Origin: Pristiophorus japonicus
Taxonomy: Eukaryota
Direction of reading: 5' to 3'
DNA: 64,000 nucleotides
Assembly (NCBI RefSeq): GCF_044704955.1
Contig: NC_091985.1
Location: 93,248,001 to 93,312,000 of the forward strand
Shown here in pieces: positions 1-16,099 of this stretch. Each line of letters begins with the position of its first letter. Within the stretch, counting starts at the first letter, position 1. A program made the translations under genes and the position numbers. The notes beneath the pieces are model-generated. The model had not been told where the DNA came from, made no database searches, and worked only from the letters and a program-made list of their open reading frames with translations.

Positions 1-2205
1 AGAATTCTTTATTAAGATGGAGAGTGACACAGTTAATTCAGACACTAGGGTCCTGAATTTGGGGACGGTAACTTTGATGGTATGAGACATGAATTGGCTA
101 GAATAGGCTGGCGAGTGATACTTAGAAGTGTTGACGGCAGATAGGCAATGGCAGACATTTAAAGATCACATGGATGAACTTCTACAATTGTACATCCCGG
201 TCTGGAGTAAAAATAAAACGGGGAAGGTGGCTCAACGGGATCTAACAAGGGAAATTAAGGAAATCCAAGGAAGAGGCATATAAATTGGCCAGAAAAAGCA
301 GCAAACCTGAGGACTGGGAGAATTTTGTAATACAGCAGAGGAGGACAAAGGGTTTAATTAGGAGGGGGAAAATAGAGTGCGAGAGGAAGCTTGCTGGGAA
401 CATAAAAACTGACTGCAAAAGCTTCTATCGATATGTGAAGAGAAAAAGATTAGTGAAGACAAACATTTGCAGTCAGATTCAGGTGAATTTATAATGGAGA
501 AAAAGAAATGGCGGACCAGTTGAACAAATACTTTGGTTCTGTTTTCACGAAGGAAGACACAAATAATCTTCCGGAAATACTAGGGGACTGAGGGTCTAGT
601 GAGAAGGAGGAACTGAAGGATATTCTTATAAAGCGGGAAATTGTGTTAGGGAAATTGATGGGATTGAAGACCGATAAATCCCCAAGGCCTGATAGTCTGC
701 ATCCCAGAATACTTAAGGAAGTGGCCATAGAAATAGTGGATGCATTGGTGATCATTTTCCAACAGTCTATCGACTCTGGATCAGTTCATATGGACTGGAG
801 GATAGCTAATGTAACACCACTGTTTAAAAAAGGAGGGAGAGAGAAAACGGACAATTATAGACCGGTTAGCCTGACATCAGTAGTGGGGAAAATGTTGGAA
901 TCAATTATTAAAGATGAAATAGCAGCGCATTTGGAAAGCAGTGACAGGATCGGTCCAAGTCAGCATGGATTTATGAAAGGGAAATCATGCTGGACAAATC
1001 TTCCAGAATTTTTTTTGAGGATGTAACTAGTAGAGTGGACAAGAGAGAACCAGTGGATGTGGTGTAGAGATTGGTGTGCAAAATCAAAGCACATGGTATT
1101 GGGGATAATGTACTGACGTGGAGAGAGAACTGGTTGGCAGACAGGAAACAGAGAGTCGGGATAAATGGGTCATTTTCAGAATGGCAGGCGGTGACTAGTG
1201 GAGTGCCGCAGGGCTCAGTGCAGGGACCCTAGCTCTTTACAATATACATTAATGATTTAGATGAAGGAATTGAGTGCAATATCTCCAAGTTTGCAGATGA
1301 CACTAAACTGGGTGGCGGTGTGAGCTGTGAGGATGATGCTAAAAGGCTGCAGGGTGACTTGCATAGATTAGGTGAGTGGGCAAATGCATGGCAGGTGCAG
1401 TATAATGTGGATAAGTGTGAGGTTATCCACTTTAGGGGCAAAAAACACGAAGGCAGAATATTATTTGAATGGCGGCAGATTAGGAAAGGGGGAGGTGCAA
1501 CGAGACCTGGGTGTCATGGTTCATCAGTCATTGAAAGTTGGCATGCAGTGAAGAAGGCAAATGGTATGTTAGCCTTCATAGCTAGGGGATTTGAGTATAG
1601 GAGCTGGGAGGCCTTACTGCAGTTGTACAGGGCCTTGGTGAGGCCTCACCTCGAAAAGAGTGTTCAGTTTTGGTCTGCTAATCTGAGGAAGGACATTCTT
1701 GCTATTGAGGGAGTGCAGCGAAGGTTCACCAGACTGATTCCCGGGATGGCAGGGCTGACATATGAGGAGAGATTGGATCAACTGGGCCTTTATACACTGA
1801 AGTTTAGAAGGATGAGAGGGGATCTCATAGAAACTTAAGATTCTGACGGGGCTGAACAGGTTAGATGCAGGAAGAATGTTCCCGATGATGGGGAAGTCCA
1901 GAACTAGGGGACACAGTCTAAGGATAAGAGGTAGGCCATTTAGGACTGAGATGAGGAGAAACTTCTTCACTCAGATTTGTTAACCTGTGAAATTCCCTAC
2001 CGCAGAGAGTTGATGATGCCAGTTCATTGGATATATTCAAGAGGGAGTTAGATATGGCCCTTACGGCTAAAAGGGATCAAAGGGTATGGAGAGAAAGCAG
2101 GAAAGGGGTACTAAGGGAATGATCAGCCATGATCTTATTGAATGGTGCTGCAGGCTCGAAGTGCCGAATGGCCGACTCCTGCACCTATTTTCTATGTTTC
2201 TATGT
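1..2205 (+). mobile_element. CR1 LINE family A, ORF2 linker+RT and 3' end, degenerate
   Basis: RT motifs [35 protein letters not shown]; tail TTTCTATGTTTCTATG; frameshifts. Confidence 0.95.
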
Positions 2206-2447
2206 AAATTAGTCAAAATTCCTTAAAACCAGTATTTCATTACATGCCAGACTATGATAACAAGGCTCATCTTTTAGAAAATATACTGTTTATGATCATA
2301 AAGGCCACATGCTGCAGTATACACAATAAATACCGAACTCAAACATATCCATTTTTGGGTTCAATAGACTTAAAAAGTAATGATCTGTGAAGCTCAAATG
2401 CCACAGTTGAACATTGTACCGCTTAGGTGCTTCAATTAATTGTCTTA

Positions 2448-4830
<2,383 letters not shown>

Positions 4831-4962
4831 AATAAATTATAATAAAAGAGGGGATAATACACTTCACAATGGTGCAAAACCACAACCTTTAGGAAAGTTT
4901 GTATATTATAGGATATTATATGCTTTAACAAAAAATTGTATCGAAGCTGAATATAAAATTTA

Positions 4963-5220
<258 letters not shown>

Positions 5221-5229
5221 CTACCACCA

Positions 5230-6500
5230 GTAGCTGCTTCTCCTGCTCGATGATCAAATCCGCTCATTACTCCAGAATCATCATGGACTTCAAAATCCAT
5301 CTCCAAATGAGCAGTTCATGGATGGAGTCCAAGATAGAGATCACTTCCATATCTCCAAGTACCCCTTCCCAATCTTCCCTCACTCTCCCCAAATTCATCT
5401 CCTCCATGAAACAGTACCTGCCTCCTCAAACCTCTCCTGAACACCGAACTTCTGCTTGATCCCATGATTACCAGCATTATCTGCAGGGTTATTCTCCCTC
5501 CTTTAAAAACCTGTGTCACCCTTCTATCTCTCAAGTTCCTTGAAGGCATTAGTTACCATGCCCGTTTGACTCTCTCCGCCCCCCCCCCCCGCCCCACCAC
5601 CCTCCCTCCAGTCCAGTTTCCACACCATCTAGACCAAAAGCCAGGACATCCTTGGGACTGCAACACCAGCTCTGTCCCGCTGCCTACTCCATTCTCCTCC
5701 ACTGCCTTCCCTCTAACCATCTCAATTGCACCCCTCCTTGTAGTTACACTTCAAATATTTCTCTTCCCAAGCCATATGGCTACCTTCTAAGCCACAGTGC
5801 TCCATCCTTGGTTCCTCATTCATCATTTAAGTGCTGCCCTTCAGCAACGTTACCTGCAAGCACAAGATCAGCTTCCACATATACGCTGATGACATCAAAC
5901 TCTGACTCTCCAGTCATCACCAGCAACTCCAAAGTTTTTAAACATATATAGTGTGACTGCCTGTCTAACATCAAGTCATGGTTGAGTCAGAATTTCTTTT
6001 GGCTCACTACCACCAAAGCTGAAACTACTCTGACTTCCACCAGCACCCAAATGGCTTCAGTTCTGATTCCATCAACATCTCTGGTTGTCCACTCGGGCCA
6101 ACTCCAGTGGCGTAGAACCTTAGTGTGCTGTTCAACCATTAGCTAAGCTTCCTACCCCACAACTTCCCAACGCCAAGACCACATTCTTTAATTCGAACAT
6201 CGCCTGCTTACACACCAGTTCTTCAGAAGTCTTTAATCCATGCCTTTATGTCCAAAGATTGCCTTCTCTAAATGCCCACCTCACCTCCATGATTCACAAA
6301 TTTTAACTAATCCAGAACCACATGTGTCATCACATGTGCATGCACCAGATTCATTTCCTCCAATCCACCACCTGAAACACCATCACCCTTTGGAATTTTC
6401 ATCCCAAACCACTTTGCCTCGTGGATTCCCCTACAGACCAAATGGGAATTCCCCTGGACACAAGCATAAAGCTTTTATATTTGACTTAAAAGAATTTGTA
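5230..6500 (+). mobile_element. Old L2 LINE RT fragment
   Basis: FHIYADDIKL near 5875 and DCLSNIKSWLSQNF near 5955 are L2-type RT motifs; heavily decayed. Confidence 0.7.
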
Positions 6501-6519
6501 TCTATATAGTCCCTTTGAA

Positions 6520-6722
6520 GGCATTTGCTTTTGAAGTTATATAAACATGACAACCAATTTGCTCATCGGAATATTCTATAGACAACAATGAGATAAAAGT
6601 GACCTGTTTTAGTGCTGGTGGTTGAGTAATGAATATTCCCAGTACTGAACTGGAGTGTCAAGCTAGATTATGTGCTTGAATCCTGGGGTCAGAGATGGAA
6701 GTGATATCAACTGAGCCAAACT
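6520..6722 (-). mobile_element. Degenerate, internally deleted Deu-type SINE
   Basis: ACTGGAGTGTCAAGCTAGATTATGTGCTTGAA matches the head region of the SINE at 51421-51863. Confidence 0.5.
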
Positions 6723-7183
6723 GTACGTTGGGGTATTATCATGCAGCACCAAAGCAATATATACCTATGGTGACATCCTATTCTTAACTGAACCGTGAAG
6801 AAGGGAAAATAGAATTATCAGTGGGCTGATGCCACTCAACTCCTAGCGATCAGTAAACCATGCATTGGAACGGCACGCTGGAGCAGTGGTTTTCTAGGTT
6901 TGTGTGTGGGAAGCTATGACAAATATCGACACTCTCATCAATTCCTCATCCTAAAATGTATGAAAGGACTTAATGCAACACGATTTCTGAGCTACAATCA
7001 AACACTTTACTACTGAGATTTTCATCTCTACATTTATGATTTTGTGTTTATTTAGAGTGCCAAATAAAATTACAGCAGTGTATATTATCAGCATTGTTTT
7101 ACATTTATAACCAACTCCACTTTGTGCCTGGTTATAAATTTAACATTATCCTGGTGAAGAAAAAAAACCTGAAGTGAACATTT

Positions 7184-8656
7184 ATAGAAACATAGAAAAT
7201 AGGTGCAGGAGTAGGCCATTCGGCCCTTCGAGCCTGCAGCACCATTCAATATCATGACTAATCATTCCTTCAGTACCCCTTTCCTGTTTTCTCTCCATAC
7301 CCCTTGATCCCTTTAGCCATAAGGGCCATATCTAACTCCCTCTTGAATATATCCAATGAACTGGCATCAACAACACTCTGCGGCAGGGAATGCCACAGGT
7401 TAACAACTCTCAGTGAAGAAGTTTCTCCTCATCTCAGTCCTAAATGGCCTGTCCCTTATCCTAAGACTGTGTCCCCTGGTTCTGGACTTCCCCAACATCG
7501 GGAACATTCTTCCCGCATCTAACCTGTCCAGCCCAGTCAGAATCTTATATGTTTCTATGAGATCCCCTCTCATCCTTCTAAACTCCAGTGTATAAAGGCC
7601 CAGTTGATCCAGTCTCTCCTCATATGTCAGTCCAGCCATCCCTGGAATCAGTCTGGTGAACCTTCGCTGCACTCCCTCAATAGCAAGAATGTTTTTCCTC
7701 AGATTAGGAGACCAAAACTGAACACAATATTCCAGGTGGGGCCTCACCAAGGCCCTGTATAACTGCAGCAAGACTTCCCTGCTCCTATACTCAAATCCCC
7801 TAGCTATGAAGGCCAACATACCATTTGCCTTCTTCACCACCTGCTGTACCTGCATGCCAACTTTCAATGACTGATGAACCATGACACCCAGGTCTCACTG
7901 CACCTCCCCTTTTCCTAATCTGCCGCCATTCAGATAATATTCTGCCTTCGTGTTTTTGCCTCTCAATTGGATATCCTCACATTTATCCACATTATACTGC
8001 ATCTGCAATGTATTTGCCCACTCGCCTAACCTGTCCCAAGTCACCCTGCAGCCTCTTAGTGTCCTCCTCACAGCTCACACCACCACCAAGTTTAGTGTCA
8101 TCTGCAAACTTTGAGATATTACACTCAATTCCATCATCTAAATCATTAATATATATTGTAAAGAGCTGGGGTCCCAGCACTGAGCCCTGCGGCACTCCAC
8201 TAGTCACTGCCTGCCATTCTGAAAAGGACCCGTTAATCCCGACTCTCTGCTTCCTGTCTGCTAACCAGTTCTCTATCCACGTCAGTACATTACCCCCAAT
8301 ACCATGTGCTTTGATTTTGCACACCAATCTCCTGTGTGGGACCTTGTCAAAAGCCTTTTGAAAGTCCAAATACACCACATCCACCGGTTCTCCTTTGTCC
8401 ACTCTGCTAGTTACATCCTCAAAACATTCCAGAAGATTTGTCAAGCATGATTTCCCTTTCATAAATCCATGCTGACTTGGACCAATCCTACCACTGCTTT
8501 CCAAATGCGCTGCTATTTCATTCTTATTGATGGATTCTGACATTTTCCCCACTACTGATGTCAGGCTAACCGGTCTATAATTACCCGTTTTCTCTCTCGC
8601 TCCTTTTTTAAAAAGTGGTGTTCCATTAGCAACCCTCCAGTCCATAGGAACTGATC
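7184..8656 (-). mobile_element. CR1 LINE family A, 5'-truncated RT and 3' end
   Basis: ORFs 7992..8645 and 7400..7882 carry RT motifs; tail ATAGAAACATAGAAA. Confidence 0.95.
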
Positions 8657-9254
8657 ATAGGATATAATGACAATGAAGGCGTCAAAAGAATTATTTCTAT
8701 TTACAGCTTTCAAAACTTTGAGAGAAATATATGTGCCCATTATTTGTATATAACAACCTTCCCTCTGAAGTTCAAGGTGCTGATTTGTGGTAAATAAAAG
8801 GATCAACAAGGGATGATGTTGCTGTTTGGGTGAAGGCTCCTGTTTTGAGACAACGACCTGGACTTCCCAGAGATGGTCAGGAGAACTGCCTGTTTTAACT
8901 ACATCCTTCGAATAGGTCTCAGAATCCACTATCAACTTCATGAAGTCTCTCCCAGCTTGTCAGACCCTCGTCCCAATCCCTCGGTACAGTTCTGGATGAT
9001 GTGCTTGAGGCACATTTCTCACTTGCTGCCTCATCTTTCACGCTTATGCCACCCAGCTCCGTTATCACAAACCTCTAGCAGTTAGGAATGTGGACCCCAG
9101 GAACCAGTTGCCAACTCCACTCCATCAGAACAAACTTTGAAAACTGCTGTACTACAGCAAAGGACATTACCTTTGAAGGGAATTTCTAATCCTAGTTCTG
9201 ACCAGATTGCTGGATTTATTGTACAGGGAGAACAGACAGCTGCTATTCTGTTTA

Positions 9255-9569
<315 letters not shown>

Positions 9570-9592
9570 TCATTTTGAAAACTAGCCTGAAA

Positions 9593-9860
9593 GAGAGGGA
9601 CTGAGTGGTACAGTGTACTATTAAACTGTGTTTTAACCTCTGGCACCTGGGTTTGAAACCAGGCCAGGCGATGGGATGAAAATCTTTCTTTCATAGAAGT
9701 CAGGCTCCCAAATGAAATTAGTCTGGCCACTTTCAATCCAGTTTCTAGTCATGTCAGTACTTCGGCAGTAGGGAATCAGGACAGTCACAAAACGGGAACT
9801 GACCATAATTTAATGTCAACACACACGATTTGGCACTTAACAAGCTGACCGGATGCTTAG
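9593..9860 (+). mobile_element. LF-SINE-like tRNA-derived SINE, degenerate
   Basis: TTTTAACCTCTGGCACCTGGGTTTGAAACCAGGCCAGG head; TGAAAT...TCAATCCAGTTTCTAG and ATTTGGCACTTAA resemble the LF-SINE core (from memory). Confidence 0.5.
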
Positions 9861-10169
9861 CTTGTAAGCAAGTTTTATGTAGATGCAGTAGGAGATACAG
9901 TTTTGTCTGATTAAAGAATGTGTGTTGGGGAACCGCAAAACTTTATAACCTTCTAAGACTTATAAAGTCTTAACTTTATTTATTCTCAGAATGATCAAGA
10001 CACTGCATGCAAAAGCAGAGAATACAGTTACATCCCCAATACAGATGCCACAATAAGCCCTGAAGAGACAACTCATGCAGGGGTACAGTTCCACATGTAC
10101 TGGCAGCTCTCAAATACATCTTCATTCTTCATGAGATTCTGATTAACAACTATGAGCAGACTAATTGAT

Positions 10170-10895
10170 AATGGAGAGCATCATGGTACAATTTTATAAG
10201 AGGGTGCAGGAACAGTGTGACCTGGATATGTATGTACACGAATCTTTGAAGGTGGCAGAAGTAGAAAAGGCTGTTAAAAACTGTTTGGCTTTATTAATAG
10301 AGGAAGAGAGTATAAAAGCAAAGAAATTATCTAAATCTTTATCTAAACAGTGGTTAGGCCTCAGCTGGAGTAGTGTGTTCAATTCTGTGCACCACATATT
10401 TGGAAGAATGTCAAGGCATTGAGAGAGAGTACAGAAAAAATTTATTAGAATAGTACCAGGTTGAGGGACTTCAGTTATGTGGAGAGGCTGGAGAAGCAGG
10501 GGTTTCTCTCCTTGGAGCAGAGATGGTTAAGAGGAGATCAGATAGAGGTGTTCAAAATCATGTTGATGGAGTAAATAAAGAGAAAGTTTCTAATGGCAGA
10601 AGGATCAGTAACCGGAGGACACAGATTCAAGGTGATTCGTAAAAGAACCAGAGGTGACATGACGAAACATTTTATTTTTAAACAGCAAGTTAATCTAAAA
10701 TGCACTACTTTAAAGGGTGGTGGAAGCAGATTCAATAGTAACATTCTTGAGAATTGGATAAATACTAAGGGGAAATAATTTACAGGGCTATGGGGAAAGA
10801 GCAGGGAAGTGGGATTAATTGGATAGCTCTACCAAAGAGCTGGTACAGCCACAATGGGCCAATTGGCCTCCTTCGATGCTGTATCATTCTATGAT
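10170..10895 (+). mobile_element. Older CR1 3' fragment
   Basis: RPQLE-CVQF region; GGGCTATGGGGAAAGAGCAGGGAAGTGG 3' UTR; CATTCTATGAT tail. Confidence 0.85.
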
Positions 10896-10949
10896 CATTA
10901 CTAATTCCAATGCTGTCCAAACACATTAAGCGTGAGCGCGCTCACTTTT

Positions 10950-11140
10950 CAGCAGGTGACAGTAGATAGCAATTAAGTGCAGGAAACAGGCAATTCTTTG
11001 CCTACATAGCTCAAGGGCATTGAAGTCAAATATTAACAACCCAACAGCCACGTTAGTGGAGATCAGTTAACTCACCATTGACCATCAAGCCTGGAGCCAC
11101 CTGGTCTGAATGGTTTAGCACCACAATGCATTTGCTTACT
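10950..11140 (-). mobile_element. Degenerate tRNA-type SINE fragment
   Basis: Resembles a common shark SINE (GAGTTAACTGATCTC...GCCCTTGAGCTA on minus); weak. Confidence 0.35.
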
Positions 11141-11496
11141 TATCAACAGTGCTTGCTATTTATAAGCACAAAATCCAATACAACATTGCTTTGAAATCAA
11201 TACCAGTTAAATAAAATATTTTTGCTGCGGTCTTCAAATGGACACAGTAAATAGGTGCTACTTGGTGCAATTACAGGATGTACAAAAATCACTCAGCAAT
11301 AGAAAGTGATCTTGTAGGATGTATGGACTTTTTAAATATAGGTAGTTACGAAGAATAATTGTTAATTAACCTACTACATTCAAAGTGGGCTCATCAATAC
11401 ACAACAACTTGCTGTGTAAAAAAAAATGTTCCTTCAGAAACAAAGCAACCAGTTATGAAGTGCTTAATTTTCATATTTAAAAGCCACACCGGACAT

Positions 11497-12296
11497 CACC
11501 ATAGGCAGTCCTTCCAAATCGAGGAAGACTTGCTTCCACTCTAAAAGCGAGTTCAGGTGACTGTACAATCCAATACAGGAATTACAGTCTCTGTCACAGG
11601 TGGGACAGCCTCCAGTGCAGCCTTCGGCCGTCTGAGGAAGAGTGTTCGAAGACCAGGCCCTCAAATCTGCCACCAAGCTCATAGTCTACAGGGCTGTCGT
11701 AATACCCGCCCTCCTGTATGGCTCAGAGGCATGGACTATGTACAAGTAGACACCTCAAGTCGCAGGAGAAATGCCGCCAACGATGTCTCCGCAAGATCCT
11801 ACAAATCTCCTGGGAGGACAGATGCACCAACATTAGCGTCCTCGACCAGGCCACCATCTCCAGCATTGAAGCACTGACCACACTTGATCAGCTCTGCTGG
11901 GCAGGCCACACTGTCTGCATGCCAGACACGAGACTCCCAAAGCAAGCGCTCTACTCGGAATTCCTTCACGGCAAACGAGCCAAAGGTGGGCAGAGGAAAT
12001 GTTACAAGGACAACCTCAAAGCCTCCCCAATAAAGTGCAACATCCCCACCGACACCTGGGAGTCCCTGGCCAAAGACCGCCCTAAGTGGAGGAAGTGCAT
12101 CCGGGAGGGGCGCTGAGCACAGAGTCTCATCACCGGGAGCGTGCAGAAAGCAAGCGCAGGCAGCTCAAGGAACTCAGCGCTTTCCCATATGCTCTTCCTC
12201 CACTTAGGGTGGTCTTGGGCCAGGTATTCCCGGGGGTCAGTGGGGATGTTGCACTTTATCAAGGAGGCTTTGTGACTGTCCTTGAAACATTTCCAC
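11497..12296. mobile_element. RTE (BovB-like) composite: minus-strand ends with a plus-strand core
   Basis: Plus 11609-12165 WAGH.MPDTRLPKQALYSE...WESLAKDRPKWR; minus 12296-12166 same region; minus 11608-11497 CPTCDRDC..IGLYSH and 3' end; GACAT on both flanks. Confidence 0.88.
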
Positions 12297-12375
12297 GACA
12301 TATTATCAAAGGAACAAGCTATACTATCTACATAAAATCCACCAACTCAATAAGTAAAATGAACATGTAACTTAC

Positions 12376-12420
12376 CAGAACAAAAAGCACTATTCTTGTT
12401 GGATCCATCTACTACTGCAT
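12376..12420 (-). CDS. PPP4R3B: PPP4R3B exon 10, 45-nt symmetric micro-exon (D)AVVDGSNKNSAFCS
   Basis: Acceptor TTTATTAG|AT, donor CTG|GTAAGT; phase 1-1; resembles mammalian SMEK2 DNIVGSNKNNTICP (recalled). Confidence 0.88.
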
Positions 12421-13175
12421 CTAATAAACAAATCAAGTACATGGTAATGTTTAGAATTGCTGATATAGCTCACAAGATTAAATTAGGAGGCCATTCAGCC
12501 CATCTTAGTTCATCCATTCAGAAAGACCTTAAAGTTCCCATAATTATTGCATTTAATTGTTTAAATTCTGCTAATGTTTTCACTTTCACTACTCTAACCA
12601 ATCCACACCATATACTGATCACACTTCTTGACATTGGTTCTACATTTATCGTTTACTAATAATTTTAGATTTAATCTCAAGGAAACAATATTTCCAGGAA
12701 AAAGAATACAAACCTTCAGCAGTCATATATAAAGTATTACTGAAACTATTTAATTTTAAATGGGCACTATGGGCATTTAGACCATTCCAGTAGGTTAGTG
12801 CTCCACATTAAACTAAGACTGTAATGGGCTCCTAGCTATGATCAATCTGCAAATAAATAATTTCATCCCTAAATGAACATGGGCATGTGCCATTACTGCT
12901 TATGCTAACTTTAACAGTTGCCACAAAGCTATGAAAGATGTCAGGTGAACTTGCCTTTAGATTTTTGCTCCTCCCCAACAGTGTGATACACAGTAATAAC
13001 TTGGATGACTTGGACAAGACAGCAACAAATCAATGATTCACTAAAGCTCTCAAGATTTGAGATATTTCGACCAACCCAACTTATGAAAGTTCAATAATGG
13101 GCACATAATTTACTTTTCAAATTACGATACACTATTCCATTGCTAGATACTGAGCTCTTTAATCTTAATATACAT

Positions 13176-14027
13176 GGGACTGTAAATCACAGTCTTTCCG
13201 GGTGCGTACGATGTGCGCACATGCCTGAACAGGCCCTGCAGGTTTTGGGTTTAGGTGCACGAAGCGCATGTGCCTAAAACCAGCACTTGCGATCTGTCAA
13301 AATTTCTTTTGACAGATCACACGCATCCCAGGAGAAGGGCCTTTGTGAATGGAGATTTGGGCTATTTGCCCAACTCCTGCCCAGCGAGTGTCCTAAAAAC
13401 TCTTACGCCTGGTAAAAACAGGCGTAAGGCCAGCGTAAGAGTTATAAAAGATCAAAAAATTTAATTTTAGCACTAATTTTTATATTGAGGTAAGTTTATT
13501 TTTAACCCCATTAAAACATTAAAAAAATTCAAAAACATTTAATTTAATTCCATTTCAATTAATTTGTGAAGTGCTTTTTTATTTATGTATTGTGTTTGTG
13601 GGGGTACTCCATTTTCATTGGTGATCTGTATCTAGGCCTCAGAGCGGAAGTGTTTGTTCCTTCGGAACCACCAGGTACTTTCATTAAAAAGATTTTGGTC
13701 AGAGGCCACCGACCGCAATTTCTGGTCCATGATTTCCCATTGCACAGAGTCGAGACCAAAAACATGTTTCAAGTGTTTTTTTTAAATAACGGGCCCCAAG
13801 GCCTAGTTTCAGGGCATTTTAATAGTGAGCAGGGAAGCACAGCAACAACCCCCTTTTACCGAGGAAGATCAACCAGGCTAAAGAGGGCAGTGCTCCCTAA
13901 GGGCAGGCAGTGATGCACAGCAACAGACAACAAAATTCTGGGCACAGCAACGGGCAGATGATCATATTTTCAGAGACGTTTGCAGGCTGGGAGCTCAGCT
14001 GCGTGCTGAAGGACTGATTTTCTGGGG
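13176..14027. mobile_element. Non-autonomous MITE-like repeat
   Basis: GC-rich hairpin-forming arms around an AT-rich centre, same layout as 14201-14937 and 56783-57656; termini unclear. Confidence 0.4.
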
Positions 14028-14200
14028 CATTTTATACCAGTGATTCCAAAACATCAGAGCTCTTGATAAAACTACCCAACCCAACAGCAGGCTTCTGAGA
14101 GAGGATGAGGCTTTCAAGTAAAAACGTAAATGCAGGCATTATGACAAGACAATTCAATAGATAAATTAAGGGCAGGTAAGTGCACGCAGACTGAACTCAA

Positions 14201-14937
14201 GGGGTAGTTTTTGCTCGGTTGTGCTGGTTTTTTCAGCACAATTTACCAGAAATTGGCGTAACCAGTGCAAATGATCGCAGAAATTTAAGCGCAAATAACG
14301 TTCAGCGCAAATCCGAGTTTCTGCGATCTTTAAGCTAGTTTAAAAAAAATTATGCTAGAGGCTGACCGCACCCACAAAACTGGCCACGACCCAGGATGAA
14401 TTAATCATCATGGCGAGTTTCTTCTAATTGCGTTTGCTTGCAGGCCTTTGAGAAGACAGTTAAACTGGTTATTCTGGGTGCATGGGCACTATATAGGCAT
14501 GTTTTATAAGTTATAGAATGTAATTTAAAAAATTTTTTTACTAAGAAACTGACGACTATCCCCCAATATAACTAGCAAATGATTCTGTAAATGTTCTAAA
14601 AGACATTTTCAGTCAGTTAAAATCAGGTTACTCACAGGTGGTGGTGGATTGAGACTCATTAAAAATGCTTATTTTGTGTGATAAATCCAATTTCAGTTGT
14701 GGTAATCAAACTATACCTGATTACCACTTATATCAAGGAATTTTTTTTATTAAGTACATTTTTAAAAAATAAATTATGTTTTAAAACACTATCCGATTGC
14801 GCTAAGTCATGGCAGATTTTTCATTTGGTGATATGCAAATGAATTTGAGCAGAAACTAAAAGGGAAAAAATACTTCTCAAAATGGGCACAATGTGCACCC
14901 AGATTGCCAATTGCACCCAAAGTGGAAACCCTGCCCC
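14201..14937. mobile_element. PIF/Harbinger-like MITE
   Basis: Termini GGGGTAG...CTGCCCC; 3-bp flanking duplication CAA/CAA. Confidence 0.55.
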
Positions 14938-15514
14938 CAAGTGTTTTTAATAGCTGTACATAGTGACACCACTATTCCTGGCTAAAATGGAGATAATTGG
15001 GTAAATTCCCCATCAATCAGGTTGCACTGTGCAAGTGATTAGAATTGATTTTACACACAATTTGTATGTAACTATCCTCCACTCACTGCAATTTACTGGA
15101 GAAATCACCATGCTTTTATTGGGAGAAGTTGCTGAGTTCTGTTTGCTGCAATTCGTGGAGTCTCTTTAAATAGATTCTGTTTGCTGAGTAAATAAATTTT
15201 TTTGCTGTAAAACACATGGTTTCGCTGCTGCAAGTCCTGTCCTGCCTCCAACTCATTGGCTGATAGTGGTGTCAATCGTCATTCCGGTTTTTAATAGGGA
15301 AATTGCAGTCACTGGGCATGTGCAACAGGGAAAATCTGAAAGGGATAAAGTGCTCCAAATGGAAAAACTATTACAGCGCCACATACACAGGCGTATGTAA
15401 TTGCACATGCAATTATATATGTCACAGGGGTGTAAACGCAATTAACATTGAAAAGTCCATAGGAAACATTTACAGGTGACAGGACATGTGCATTTCAATA
15501 CATAGATAAGTTTA

Positions 15515-15664
<150 letters not shown>

Positions 15665-16099
15665 TCAAGATTCCATAACTGATTTCTGAAGTTCTGAAAT
15701 GTTTTCATGCATTCATGTATGCAGTAGCAGAATCAAACTTAAAATTCAAATCAAGTTTCAGCAGGCAAATGGATAAATCTCTGAAAGATTTCAAACTCAA
15801 CAAATTTAAACGCATTTAAAAAAAATTACATTTAAAACACTTTGAAATCAGAAGCAGAAACATAAGAACAGATGTGATAGAATATCTTTGCTAGATTTCT
15901 TCATGAAAAATACTAATCTGCATTAAACAGGGCTCAAATATAAACCATCTAAAATCACACCCTGTTGAGCCAACAAGTTAATCTTTATATTACCTTCAAC
16001 ACCAAATGCCAGTGCTGTATTTTAACATTCCTTCCAGAGTATAAAACCAAAATTACCAATGCCATAAGGTTGACAGGATTATATATTAGAGTAATAGTC

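Noticed and set aside
8660-9250. Possible hidden exon or coding remnant in intron 11
   Set aside because: No recognisable motif in the frames read, and exons 11 and 12 already join in frame.
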